Source: Trichinella spiralis
Lineage: Eukaryota
Length of the DNA stretch: 64,000 nucleotides
Assembly (NCBI RefSeq): GCF_000181795.1
Contig: NW_003526943.1
Span: 11,522,007 to 11,586,006, forward strand
Reading direction: 5' to 3'
Under the pieces are notes generated by a model. The model saw only the letters and a program-made list of their open reading frames with translations. It was not told where the DNA came from and searched no databases. Position numbers and translations under genes: made by a program. Every line of letters begins with the position of its first letter. The first letter of the stretch is position 1. Below are positions 50,811 through 64,000 of the stretch, piece after piece.

Positions 50811-53800
50811 GACGACTGCCGACTTCAAGTGATCGGCTTTAGAATAATAACAATCATATTGGTTGAATTATACTTTTCAATCTTCAATTGCTATTCAAAG
50901 CATTTTCTACTTTTAATGTGCCATTTGATACGAATTGCAATCGCGTTTCTTCTTTTGCATCCAGTTATTATAAAGCAAACGCAAATGAAAGCTTAATTAG
51001 CTGCCTACGGCAACTAGTGGCACCAGTTACGCTTATAGCCTCTATATGCATACACCAGTTAGCAGTCGTAAGTTGACAAACGGCATTTTGCTGACGTGCT
51101 TTTCACTGGATCAGTGCGTCAGCAGTTTCCAAGCTGCAAACACTTCTTTGTCGTGATTTATTGTTTTGCTCTGCAAATAGTGTTGCATTGTCGCTTTTCT
51201 TTTTTTGATTTTATTTTTTTATTTTTAAACATTAAAAACTATCAAAACACGCTTTCATTATTGCCACATTGCTTCTTTCTCTGACGCTTTGCTTACACGC
51301 TAATTCATTCTTTCTCTACAGCAAAATTCAAAGCTAACAACAAGGTAAATCTGAAATTCTATTCTTACTCTTATTCGTATTATTTAGCAAAACTAATAAC
51401 TGACAATATTAGAAACAATAAACTGAGCTAAACTTAGTCAACCAGACGTTGCTAACTCAAGTGATTATTATATTTTGAACTTGAAGCATCGTTTAACAAT
51501 TTAGATCTCTTCAAAATTAAAATTTTTTTATTCAAAATGTTTTAAGATTTGAATATGTTGGTTTTTTTTGCGCACCTTTGCTCCTAATCAAGATATTAGA
51601 AATGTTTTTAAAATTTGTTGTGCTTTTCATCAAAATTAACACGAAACTTTTAAAAAGCTAGCATGCTATTTCAATAAAGCTTTGCCTGTTCTTGAAAGTA
51701 TACTCTTTTCAATAATGATGCTTAAGAAGTTTCTGAACAGGTTTGAACTGGGGCGTTTCTTTTAGAGATGGAATGATTTAAGCGATATAAGCATTATATT
51801 ATTATAATTTGATTATATTGTTTTCAGCATTCTTCATTGCTATTTTATAACTCGAAATATGGAAATCACTCCCAACAATCAGGTTCAAGCATTTTGCAAC
51901 ACGAAAAAGCATTAGTGTATATTTTGGTTCATTAAAAAAAAGTTTTGCGAAACTGAAATTTAAGAATGTTTAACAATATTTGAAACTTCTATTATACATG
52001 TAAATATAATGACATAAAATATACAGGAAGGAAATACGTTTGATTTTTTTATTAAATAAATATTTTAATGATGATTCAAAGAAGATTTTTTTCAGTTGCG
52101 CAGATATAAATATATCATCAGTAAAAATGATAAGATAAGATACGATTAAGGACAAGAACATTTAAGAATTTATGTTTGTTTTATTTCTTTGACTGAATTG
52201 TTTCAATGATTTTAAAAAATGATAATAAAATGTAATAAGTGTAGATACTATTACTGAGGTTCAGTGAAGAGATTTCGATTACTTTTTGAAATGTTATTAC
52301 TAAGTTAAAGAACTAATTTTCTAATTAAATTATTGAAATACAGTTGTGACATACTGTATAATGAAATTTTAAATAAATAATAAGACGTGTAATAAAATTG
52401 AAATTAAATTTAAAATATTATTTATAATTTAACAAAGGAAAGCACATATTTTAAAAGAATTTTTTTGCATGTTATAAATGAAAGTAAATTGCAAAATGAA
52501 GAAGAACACGAAAGCCTTTCCAATTGATCATTAAGCAGTGAACATTTAATTTATGTTCAATTCATCTGCTTTTGCCATTTGTAGGATGTCTGTTTACATC
52601 TTCAATTATTTTAATGTAATCTTTTGCATGTTTTAAATTGATTTGAAAGATAATTTTAATTTGAGTAATAATTAAAATGTTTAAAATTAATTTTCAGTGT
52701 GACACATGGAATTATTCATCCACCAAAAATTAAGTGCAAATTTTGATTTTTAATCTTTGATCTTTTTTCAAAGTTATTTTTTAGCAAGCAAATAAAATAA
52801 TGCCACAAAAGTGTATTCAAATTTAAATACCTTTTTTACAGTAAAGAATTAGTAATTGTAGAAGGAAATAAAGTTGACATTTATTTACAATAAAACTTTA
52901 TCGAACAATAAAAAAAATAAGCAATTATTTTGAATTTTTAATAAAATTAAGATGTTGAAAGAAATTAATTCAGAAAAAGCAAAAGCAATATTAAATTGTG
53001 TGTTTAAATGATTTTTCGAAATTTTTGTATTTGCTCTGCAGAGTAACTTATTATAAATAAAATAATATATGGCTTCTTGAAATATTGTTTCATCAACATT
53101 TATTAATATTTGTTTAGTTTAATTATTTGTCAAGTTGAAAAATGACCAGTAAATAATAAATTTTTAATTTCAACAAGAAAGCGGTTTGCAGTGGTGTTTA
53201 ATGGTCAGATTCTGTGATTCGTTTTAATTGCTTTGTAACTGAATCAATAAAATAAAACTGCCGATGTGACATAATGAAAATCAGAAATGAAAATAAAAAT
53301 TTCCACTAATGAATGCTACAATATAGTTGATAGTTGAAGCTATTGGAAGCGAATTATGTCATCAATTGTTTGAAATGTGTTTACCATAATCTGTTCTTGC
53401 GCGAGCAGTATTTCAAGTTGATATGTAGATATTGTGCATGATTACGTTGAAAATACGTTATTGCTTTATTTGTTTGTTTGTTTGTTGGAAAAATAAATTT
53501 TAAATGTAAAACCATTTTATATGTTTTTGTTTGTTTATTTTCATCATGCAGCTTGAGTTTTGTGTTGTTTTCATGATTTTATCTTAAATTTTAATATTGT
53601 TGTAAAATTATTAAAAGCTTAATTGAGCACAATCAAGTGAAGATTAAGATTCAAAATTGCTTAACTTTTGTTATTTTTTGAATGTTTGTTGTTGATGTCA
53701 GTTTACGATGCTCCTCGGTTGCGGCTTGAAAGCGAACAAGTATGCTTGCACTGATGATGCTACTGCGTCGCTAAGCTGCGATTAATTAAGCTACAAAATG

Positions 53801-53977
53801 CTTGAGCCGAGGCAATGAAGCATCAACGTCTGATCGGACTGATCATTGATTATTGTAGATCTGCCCGGGCGTCTGCATAAGCCAGCTGGCGTTCAGCTAT
53901 TGGTGAATCTGCGACACCAGTTTAAACGACGTCTTGACTGTTACCATGGTTAGCCGGATTGATAGCATTATTCAGTG

Positions 53978-56900
53978 ATGGACAAAGCAGAACTGCAGCG
54001 TTTGGTCGACAGCCTTCGCCGGCAACTAAAAATGCACCGCATATGCGTGTCTGTCTCCGCTGCCGAGTAAGCAGCCCTTTTTCTTCTCTTCTCTTTTCAA
54101 ATTTTTTTCCATTTGATGATAATTAATTTTCATAATAGACAAACTTTATAATGAAAAAAAAATTTACAATTGCAATCATTCACTTATATTAGCATATTAC
54201 GATTTTTTGCTCTACTATTTATTTATTTGTTTTTTTTCAGTATTATTATTGATTATTATAATCTGAACAACAATTTTTATTTAAAATCACTTAAGCTGCA
54301 ATTAAGCGGCAGTGATTAGCGCGTAAAATCTTTTTATAGCGAGCAGTATCATCGGCATAAATCATCGGCTAACTGAAATGTATACAAACAGCTAACAAAC
54401 ATGGCATGCATTCTTAAAAACTTTTGTTTTTCAAATACTGCTTACTGTTCATCTGAATAAGATTTCCTTTTTGTAGTGGACTTTTTTCTCTGCTGATATA
54501 ATGTTAATTTAATGTACAATTTGAAACAGGACGACAATTTAGGAAAAGAAAACTAATATTTATTTTTTAAAAAGAAATTCAATATGTATATATGTAATAA
54601 CTGTGAATTACTAGAGATGTAAATGACTTTAGTAAATAAAAAATGAAATCTTTTCACACAAAAATAAATAATTTATTCAGAAATTCTGTTGTTATTATGA
54701 ATATAAATTTTAAAGTGTCAAAATTTATCAAAAGATTTCAGAACAGTTTCGTGCTTATTTATGCACAGTTCATTGTTCATATATCACGATATAAATAAGT
54801 AAAAGCATTCTATTTCTGAATAAATGATCTTTTGTTTTTTAATTTACGTTAGCAGTTTCTGCTGAATCGTTAGCATTAACATATCATAACAAACCATTTT
54901 ATCACGCATGTAAATAAAAATAAGAATTTCATGTAACACGGAAAACGAATTTCGTATGATATATCTAATCATATGAGATTACAATTAAAAGCTTTTTTTC
55001 GGTGTATAAATTATTGTCTACAAGATATAAAAGTTCAAGAAGCTTAAATAAGGAGGGGCGTATATTGAAAATTAATGTTCATCTACAGAAAAATTTCTTC
55101 TTCGTTGAATTATAACGGAATTTATGCCAAGTTGTTGGATACATACATTTCTGGAGGCAAAACAATTTCATGGCATGTCAACTCCCATCTCAGCTTGCCT
55201 GCTTGTCGCCACTCTTCAGCGTCTTGATAGTTTCGATTCAAACTTGTTTGTCATTGCAGTCATTAAGCTTGGATAGCAATCGTGAACTTTTGTCTTCGAT
55301 CGATACGTTTAAAAGTGGATCCGCATCTTAAACATCTTTTCCTTTTCCGCATCAGATGTATGGAAAACGATCACTAGCAACTATTTCAAGAATATTTTTG
55401 AATTGTCTGCAAACCTTTGCATGGCTTCCAATTTCATGAATGGGAAATGACAATTGCCGTTAATTGATTCACTAAAAAACCACGTCAATAGGCTTTATTC
55501 TCATTTTTAAGAAGAGTCATATGGTAATTTGGTCAATTTAAAAAGCAGAGCAAAATTGCACTGTTGGCATTAATCCTAAGGGACCTCTTAGTGTTGATTA
55601 TTATCAAAGAATGAATTCTTTTGATTTTGTATTACCTACAACAATGCTTGACTTGGTGTTGTAATTTTAAAAATTATGCATATTAGGTGTACAGTTCGAA
55701 AGTTATTTGCACTTTTGCTTATGTATCTTTTGACCAAGAGAAAAAGAAGAAAATGGATCATTTGCATCATTTCTTTTACAAACGCATAGAATTATAATTA
55801 ATAATTTTTTGTATCGTTCAATTTATGTATAATTTAAAAATGAATTTACCGAATAGTTTGTAAAGAAATGGTCGAAGAAGAAGAAAAGATAAGCTTTTTT
55901 CTTCAAAAAGAAGCAAAACTGAATATAATTGCCTGTGAGTAAATAGTAGCAATAGGCATTTTTGACCCTGTCAACGTGATCGATTTAAGCCCTTTGGGTA
56001 ATCAATTAGACATCTGTTCTAAAAAAGGGGTGACACCAGCTGCTAATGATCTTATAAATCTCATCTGTAACAGATTTGTCTCATATATCTAACCAATAAA
56101 AAAGAAAATTCAAAAAAACATAATGAAACATTCCATTTTTTGAGGAAAAAATTGGAAAAAATTGGAAATTTTCAAAATTGAAAATTACTGCACCAGCTTA
56201 AGTTATATTAATTAGTCTTGCTGTGTTTCAAATTTGGATAGAGGTGAAGTACAGTTGGAAACGCATCAGTCTGTTTGTGAACATTATATCACATTGGCAA
56301 GATGGAATAATGCTAATCGATCTGTTCTTGTATAAGACCGGCCTTTCCATTTCTTCAACATGCATCTTCTGTTCACGTTCAGAGTATTTCTTCTTCCTCT
56401 CAGCTTGAAGCTAATCATCATCATGAATCATAATTATGTCCGTGGTAAAATTGAGTCTACCCATTGATCGATCAACTCATTTCCGTCTTTTTCAAGATAT
56501 CAAAAATCAATATATACAGCTTTTCTGATAGTATAATGCTGGCTGGCAGCTTGTGATAACAAAATTGTAATTATAATCTGAAGAATTTCCTTATTATGTT
56601 TTTTTTATTTTTCATCTTAGGTGGTCGTGTTTCATAATTACGTAAAAGGAATGTTTTTTTGAGAATGTAAAATGAGTTTATAAATGGGCAAGAATTAATA
56701 GTAAAATTAAGTCGAAATTAATATCAATATCTCACTGTTCAAATACTCAAAAATATATCAACATGCTAAGCAAAGAAACTGCTTAGTATTTGATTTCATT
56801 TATTATTATTTTTGAAAAAATTTAAAAAAGGTAAACGAATCTCATGTAGTAGTTTTGATTTTTCCCATAACACGACGTTAATGCTATTGGTCATTTTATC

Positions 56901-57386
56901 ATTAGAAAGCAATTTCTTAAAATTGTTGCTGTTTGCCTTGGATGCTATAATGTAATTTCAAATATTCAATTATCATACAAATTGGTAAAGCTGTAATTTG
57001 ATTGCCATACACTCTCTCCAGTTGCCTAAATCTGAACGTTATGAAGAGTTGCCATAAGACGTGATATTGTTTTGCAGATGAAATAGAGAATTCATAAATT
57101 TATCATACTGATTATCATTGCACTTGTTTTTGATATGATAAATTGAAATGTTAAAAACATTTATAAAATTTCCATTTAACATTAAAGATGTTTTGTAAAA
57201 TTTTGAAATGTGTAAACGTTATAATTAAATCCAGTCATAAGTTTAACGTTTCAAAATTATAAATGAATATGAAATTTTAGACTGAGAAATTTCGTAGAAG
57301 AAAATCAGCCCAATGACCCACTGGTTGATAACATTGACAAAAAGTCAAATCCATGGGCTGAGAAAGGAAAATGCACCATATTATAA
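53978..57386 (+). CDS. gpc-2: Heterotrimeric G-protein gamma subunit, 64 aa (exons 53978-54066, 57281-57386)
   Basis: [64 protein letters not shown]. This has the GGL motifs DPL and NPW.EK and a CaaX box (CTIL), and closely resembles recalled C. elegans GPC-2. The 3.2-kb GT-AG intron is phase 2. Confidence 0.93.
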
Positions 57387-57915
57387 GCCACCACCCATGC
57401 TTCATATCATCTGCCTGCCATTTTCGTTTTTTTGATGAAATAATTGTAAAAATGTTTTGTGTGAATCAACAATTTTTGTCATTTTTTTACTAAAAGATTG
57501 ATGCTTTTTGCGTTCAAAGAAAAAGAAGAAGCAGAAGAGTATCTAAACTGTAAAAATACGTGCTTGGTTATAAATCTTCAATTATTCAGATGATCCATTT
57601 ATTGGAGAACATATTTAAAAATAAAAATTACTTTCTGTATGCATATTAGAATGACTATTCCATGTAGAATACAATGCAAATATTATGAAAAGTAAAATTA
57701 CACCTCTCAGAAAAACAGAATATTTTATTCATAATTGTTTTTCAAAACATGTTGACAACTCATGTATGCAAAAATTTATTTAAAAAATTACGTTAAAGAA
57801 ATAAAAACAAAATTTTACAGTGTAAAGTTATGTTAAATTTTAAAGGATAAAAGTTTTTTTTAATATTTTTCAATTAAAACGTACACCCATAATTTGGTCG
57901 TATAAACACAGAAAT

Positions 57916-60588
57916 TCAGACTTCAATGATTTGGGGTTCAACAAGAAAACTCCACGGAATTGAATTAACCTGAAAATACACTACTTTCAAGTAAATTCAT
58001 ACAAATTAAAACAATTAAAAAAAATCAATGTATGACGCACCGCATCATTGTCATCATCACTGTCATCAGTAAGTAATGCAAATTTGGCAGGAGTTCGTTC
58101 TTTATAACCTGAATATTCCGACAATTGCAAAAGACTGATATTTAAATTTGAAATTGACTACCTTTTAAAGTTACTACTTCAGAAACTGGATTATAATGAA
58201 GTACAGTCGCTGTTTTCCAATCAGATAACTGAGGTTTAAAATCATCATCCAACTCTTGGATCTGAAATTCTATTCTATCAATTTTCGCACACTCATCACT
58301 GAACAAGGCAATGCATCATACATACTTTGAAAGAAATTTTCATATCATGCTTTAAGTTCAATGGATCTTCAATTTTTTTGTTCATACCATTCACATCATT
58401 TCTGCTTTCTTCAGCTAATCTTACCTTTAATTAAAAAGTACCACAAACCAATCATCCACAATTGAAAAATAAAATAAAAGAAAATAAAATGCCAGTTTTT
58501 CATACTATGTATTCTAAAAAAAGATATGATACTTACGAATATGTGGACAATGAACTATTATTTTAAATAAAAATTGATAAATGAATTTTCTCCTCCTTCA
58601 GCAAATTATTTATTATTATTCTAATAACAGAACGGCAAAATAGTCAAATATAGTAGAGAGAAAGAATGTAAAGGATTATCTGTTTTCGAAATTTCTTTAC
58701 CTACAATGCTATAAGAGTTAAAATAATAAGTTTCACAACGGAAGCATTTCTAAAAGGACAATTCACATACTTCATGTTAAAATACTTTCTAAAAAAATGT
58801 TTCTAATGTATCCATTTTTTAATCTCATAAATACTTGGAAAACTTTACATTAAGGAAACATTTGTTCGCAAAGCCTATAAATAAATATATATATATACAT
58901 ATATGGGTGTGGGTGTGTAAGCTGAAATTTGAAATAATATTTTTTATTACAATTTGATCCAACATGAAATAGTTTTTATGAAAATAATGTTTTTAGTCCA
59001 AAGTCTATAATCATTCAAAAGAGAATACTGAAAAAGAAAAACGAAACAAATGGCTTCACTCTAGGCAATTCTTTGCAACAAGAAGCATTGATTAAAGCAA
59101 CCTCGATGCCCAATTTCTCTTTTTCCATTGTATGACATTGGAACTTTAAAATTCAAAGTTGTGGCTGTGTCGTAAACTGTCAAAATGCAGGGCTACAATA
59201 ATATCGGTTCAATTCACACACACAGACACACAAATAGTACTTCTATAATGTATTATTTAACACCGCTGTGTATTCAAAATATTCTGCTTTAAAATAACTA
59301 ACTAAATAAATATATATATATATATATACATATATAATTGAATTGAAAATTTAACGCTGATTATGTTCAGCTAGTTAAATCTTCAATTGTAATAATTTTT
59401 CTTTTAGAAAATCATGATCATGACAACCATATATTATCAAGATTATTATCAATCGCATAAGAAAATCTTATCTTAACAAACATTAACGATAATTCAAAAA
59501 TGTAATGAATTAAAAGTACAATAAAGAAAAGGATTCAAAAATTTTTTGAAACACAAACCTTCTTTCTGCCAAATTCGTTATAAGATAAACAGCGTGAGGT
59601 GAACAAATCTGATGAACGTGCATTATTTGATGAACGCGTGTTTTCGCTTTCAAGATTTTCTTCAGCAGCAGATATCACTGCTATTTCCATATCTGATACA
59701 TTTTCCCTAGTACCAAGTATAACTTTCAATATTAAATATTAAAAATACTACAGAAAAGGTAACACTGTGACGTAAGATGCAATACAAAAGAAAAACAAAT
59801 GAAATACCAAATAGCGAACTTACTCAACATCTCTGCTCGCATTTTCAGCTTCTCTCTCTAGTTTTTTTGATTTTTTCTTAATTCTTTTTTCTTTTTTCTT
59901 TCGACTTCTGCTTCTTTCCAGAATTTCATTCATGCTTGGCTGCTCAATAGCTTCACTTTCTAATTGTTCAATCAAACGATGCTTTTTCTTCTTTTTGTGC
60001 TTCTTCAATCCACTGCCTTCAAAATTTTGCTTCTTCTGTATTTCATTTTCAACCGTCACAAATTCTTCTGCAATTTGGCTAATTTCATCATTCGCTGTCA
60101 TGTCTGAGGTAACAGTGTAAATGTTGGAGGTATTTTTTTCTTGCATCGTTATTTTATTTGAAGATTTACTGGGATTTTCAGACGTGGACAATACTCTATA
60201 ATTGTAATTAATAAAAACTTTATGCTTTCTAATGCATTCTGTAAAGTGCCTTGTTCACGATTGCTTGGGTCTGTCACATTTCGAAAGGATTATATCAAAT
60301 TATAAATTCTTACCTGACAGTGATCTCGTCACCGTCCTTGAATACCCAGGTTGGTAACCACGGTAGTATTTCATAATTATTGGAAAGTAATTTCACATCA
60401 ACATTTCCAAAATCCATCTTTCCATTCAGATCAAATATGATATCTGACGCAGTGCTTGACTCAACCAAATCCAGTCCGTAAAGTATTTTTCGATTATAAA
60501 ACAAAGAATTTCCTTTTTCATATTCAATATTCAACAGTAGTCGAAGATAACGATTTTCAATTTTTGGCATGTTACCTTTTGAGCTCAT
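57916..60588 (-). CDS. coil: Coilin-like protein, about 371 aa (exons 60314-60588, 59824-60195, 59559-59706, 58326-58424, 58162-58261, 58041-58108, 57916-57969)
   Basis: The N-domain (RYLRLLLNIEY...ILYGLDL....TASDIIFDL...LLSNNYEILPWLPTWVFKDGDEITVR) fits Coilin_N. A Lys/Ser/Glu-rich linker with NLS-like runs follows. The C-terminal Tudor-like region (KISFKIQELDDDFKPQLSDWKTATVLHYNP....VTL...PAKFAL...IPWSFLVEPQII) parallels recalled vertebrate KIAFKLLEL...P.VSDYK.G.IL..NP...PGKF.L...W..LIDPRLI. All intron phases close, giving 1116 nt. Confidence 0.82.
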
Positions 60589-62019
60589 AAATAAGATCAA
60601 TTTCTAGAAAAATATTACTCATCATGTTAAGAAAATTAAAAAAGAATGTATATACTTATTTATACGTGTACCTTGCGTATGTGTATACATACACACAAGA
60701 TATATTTCTAGTTTTGAATAGAACTGCAAGATTAAAGTGTAGAATACCATTATTTATAAGTACCTCTATTCTTATCTGACACAAATTCCAAATGCTTCAT
60801 AAATGCGAAACAATAATAAAATGGTAAAGATAAAACTTTTTTTTAATGTTTTCATTTTATTCTATACATATATTTCATTCTCAATGAATTCAAGAATTAA
60901 AATTGTTAATTTGAAGAATCATTCGAAAATAAAAAAATTTATTTAATTAAAACCCACTTTAAAATGTTTTATATATATTATCAACGATTACATTTCCCTA
61001 ATTCAAATGACATTAAACTAACAATTTCTAAGTTAGTAGCTAAGCAATTTCTAAAAGATGTTCTGTATATGCAATACCATAAGATGTATTCAAGTACATA
61101 TTGAGCATCTTCCAAACTAGCTATATGACGTCATGAATATTACTGATATATAATAAAATTTGCTTTGTTTAAAGATTTATATGTATGTATATTAAACTTC
61201 GTGATGAAACGAACTGATATTTAAATAATGTACAATGCAAATGGTTAAAAACCCTCAGGATTGCATTACAAAAAATTAGACTGGTGACCAAACAGAAGTG
61301 AAATTTATGTGCATTAACAAGCTATTAAAAAACGTAATGCAAGTTAATATTCCATAATAATGCAGTTCAAGTTTAAATTCAATAATTCAATAATGCAGTT
61401 TAATATTCAAGTTGTTACTTCTGTTAATTTCAATCAAGCTTTAACGAGAAGTTGCTGCCTCGCTAAATTATAAATTAAACAACAATAAAATTTAAAAAAT
61501 TATATCGAATAAAATTCGCAACTATAAATATATATATATGTATATATATGCACGAGAAGGTGTTATGAAAAATAAATCCATAACTACAGTATGAATAAAT
61601 GTAAATCAAAATATTTTAAGCATTTGAAAATACTTGACAAGTTAAATTTCAATATTATAATTTATTTATTAAAATCAAGTTGCCTTTTTAAATTAAGTGA
61701 AAATCTTCAAAGAAAATTACCGTAAGAAATTATTTGTACTTGAATGTTTAGAATCGGGTCTTATGTTTATATCCAACTCATCTACAATAATTTTAAGTAC
61801 AGTAGAAAATTTGATATTATTTATTTGTAGTAATTTTATTGGAAGCATTCTTTTTCACAATAGAGTTGTAATTTTTCCATCGAATATTGAATTTTAAATT
61901 CATCTAATTAGCATTCCTAATATAATAGATTAGCATGTTTCTTCTTTCTTTAAGAACAGGAATCAGAATTTGACAAATGTGATATAATGCTGGACGTTTA
62001 TTTTAGTTGAAATCGTGAA

Positions 62020-63147
62020 ATGGGTCCTAAGAAGCAAACTAATGGTATGTTATTTTTGTGTGATGTTACAAAAGTTATTCAATAAGTATATTGGTTAGCA
62101 CCGGAGCCGGTTAAGTCAAAGGAAAAGAAACAGTCGAAAAGCAAATCATCTGATAAGCCAACAAAGAAAGAATTGCAGAAAAAATTGCCACAAACAAAGA
62201 AAGACGTAAAGGAGAAGAAGTTAGTTAAGGGTAAAACTCAAGGCCCGAAGGATGCGAAAGGTCAGTGTTTTGTTTTTTTTCTGTTAATTCAAATATGAAT
62301 TTCTGAAGCATTTTTTTGTTTGGAAAATCATTTGGTGCACAACGTCAATAGCATCATGCATTTGTTTTGTAAAAATGAGAATGGACTGATAGTTAAACTG
62401 TCTGTTTTACAGTTTTGATTCTTTTGTTTTTTGAGGTTAATTGATAAAAATATTTAATTACATAAAAGTTAAAATTATTTTCTTTTACAGCTGTTGCTAA
62501 GGCTGTGGCAGTTAAACGGCGAGTGGTAAAAGGAAATTATCCGACGAAACGTCGCAAAATTCGAACGTCTGTACATTTCCGGAGACCTTCGACACTTCGA
62601 CTTCCCAGAAGACCTAAATATCCTCGCAGGAGTTCTTTTAAGAGAAACAAGTTAGATGTGTTTGTTTCCTTCAAATTTAAAATTTAATAACTAAATTTTG
62701 CTGCCAGGTTGGATCATTTTGCAATTATTAAACATCCAGTTACAACTGAATCTGCTATGAAAAAGATAGAAGATAACAACACGCTTGTTTTTATTGTTCA
62801 TTTGATGGCTAGCAAGCCAATGATTAAAGCTGCTTTGAAAAAACTGTACAATGTAGAAACACTGAAAGTGAACACGTTGATAAGGTAAAAATTTTTTTCA
62901 TTGTTAACTTTTTAAGCGATCTCCGTATAACAGAATATGAATAAGTTGTACATATAATTATTTTATAATTGTTATATATTTTCTATAAATAGCTGAACGT
63001 ATTTTTAGACCCGATGGACAGAAGAAAGCATACGTTCGCCTTACTTCTGATTATGATGCACTGGATACAGCAAATCAGGTATTAATTTGTTTGTAAGCAT
63101 TGATAATATTTTTCATATAAAATACTTTTTAGATTGGAATAATATAA
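62020..63147 (+). CDS. rpl23a: 60S ribosomal protein L23a (uL23) with a Lys-rich N-terminal extension, 6 exons
   Basis: [26 protein letters not shown]...[32 protein letters not shown]...[40 protein letters not shown] lies at ~63185. Confidence 0.97.
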
Positions 63148-63797
63148 TTGTGAGAAACGCTGAAAAATTGAGAACATGTTTGATAATAAAAATTTACAAA
63201 GAATTATTATTCTGCTTGTTTAATATGTGGCTATTTTTGCCAAATTGCAAAGTTATTTCTTAAAGAAACTATCATTAGCGCAAAACAGTCCAAATTGATA
63301 TATTTTTTAAAATGCAAATTCATTGAAAATTTTAAAAGCTTGATGAAGTTCCCATGTACAGTATATTTATGAAACTCAAGTTTGTCTTATTGGATAAAAT
63401 GAAATTAACATATTTTTCGTTATTTTTTATTTGTTTTCGTTGTTCTTTTATTGCAATTTCAGTATAAGTATTACTTTGTGATGAAAAATATTTTTGAACA
63501 AGAACACATTTTGCATAATGTGAGAAAAATGATTTTTATGTAGACAACGAATTTCAAAAACTGATTGATTTGTTTATTCTTTTTCTAAAGCAGCACATTC
63601 AGATTTCCTTTTCATTATTAATTCAATCAATGTAATAGAAATCTACTCGCAGTGTTCAAGTTGGGCTTCTAAACCTGAGTTAATTTGAGGGATTCTATTA
63701 CTTCACTTTAAAATAAACTTGCATATTTGCATAAACTGTTCCGCAGGAATGAGAAAATCTAGGAATGGGCTAAGGCAAAAATTGTAATCTGTGCAAT

Positions 63798-63955
63798 CTA
63801 AAAAATGTACGTGTGCAAAAAGGGGCATTTATCAGAAGTAAGAGGGCATCCGTTTGGATGAGTGCTGTCGAACCAGCAGGGTTTTGTTTTTTTCATTTCC
63901 TTGTGCTTGATTTCGACCGTGCTCCAATCACGAAGCCGAACTTTTCCAGCTTGAA
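63798..63955 (-). CDS. trmt44: Last exon of a tRNA (uracil-2'-O)-methyltransferase TRM44-like gene with a C3H1 zinc finger; the rest lies beyond the right edge
   Basis: After a TTTCAG acceptor: QAGKVRLRDWS...KTKPCWFDSTHPNGCPLTSDKCPFLH. This matches the recalled TRMT44 C-terminus V.IRDW...KT..CWF...HPDGC.L....CPF.H. Confidence 0.75.
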
Positions 63956-64000
63956 CTGAAAAATAAATTTGAATTCGCGCGTTGAAAATTAATAACATTT

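Noticed and set aside
55933..56088. Asparaginase-like motif ([11 protein letters not shown]) or selenocysteine read-through at the in-frame TGA
   Set aside because: The similarity is too short, there is no HGTDT motif, and no SECIS element was recognised.

Overview
This is AT-rich, intron-dense eukaryotic DNA with mostly 50-100 nt GT-AG introns and TTTCAG/TTTTAG acceptors. It is very likely a nematode, and the gene content and style suggest clade I such as Trichinella (inference only). In order, the window holds: (1) a GC-rich adenylate cyclase type 9/acy-1-like gene (-, runs off the left edge); (2) an ARAP-like PH-PH-RhoGAP-RA-PH gene (-); (3) the first three exons of an NSRP1/CCDC55-like gene (+), cut by a 217-N gap; (4) a neuralized E3 ligase (+); (5) an SH2 + Fer-like tyrosine kinase (+); (6) a complete type I fatty acid synthase (+); (7) a 104-aa secreted single-EB-module protein (+); (8) a TWK/K2P potassium channel (-) with a hAT (Buster-type) deletion element in its last intron; (9) G-protein gamma gpc-2 (+); (10) a coilin-like gene (-); (11) RPL23A (+); and (12) the last exon of TRMT44 (-). 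The gpc-2, EB-protein and NSRP1 genes, the coilin Tudor exons and the cyclase 3' exon are absent from the ORF track and were assembled by hand from splice signals. The most interesting items are the apparent nematode coilin, a recursive-splice-type exon within it, the GC/CpG contrast of the cyclase locus, a GC-AG intron that restores an MGN- start to neuralized, and exon-like antisense sequence inside the gpc-2 intron. No prokaryotic-type systems, rRNA, tRNA or CRISPR arrays were seen. All homology calls come from recalled motifs, not database searches.
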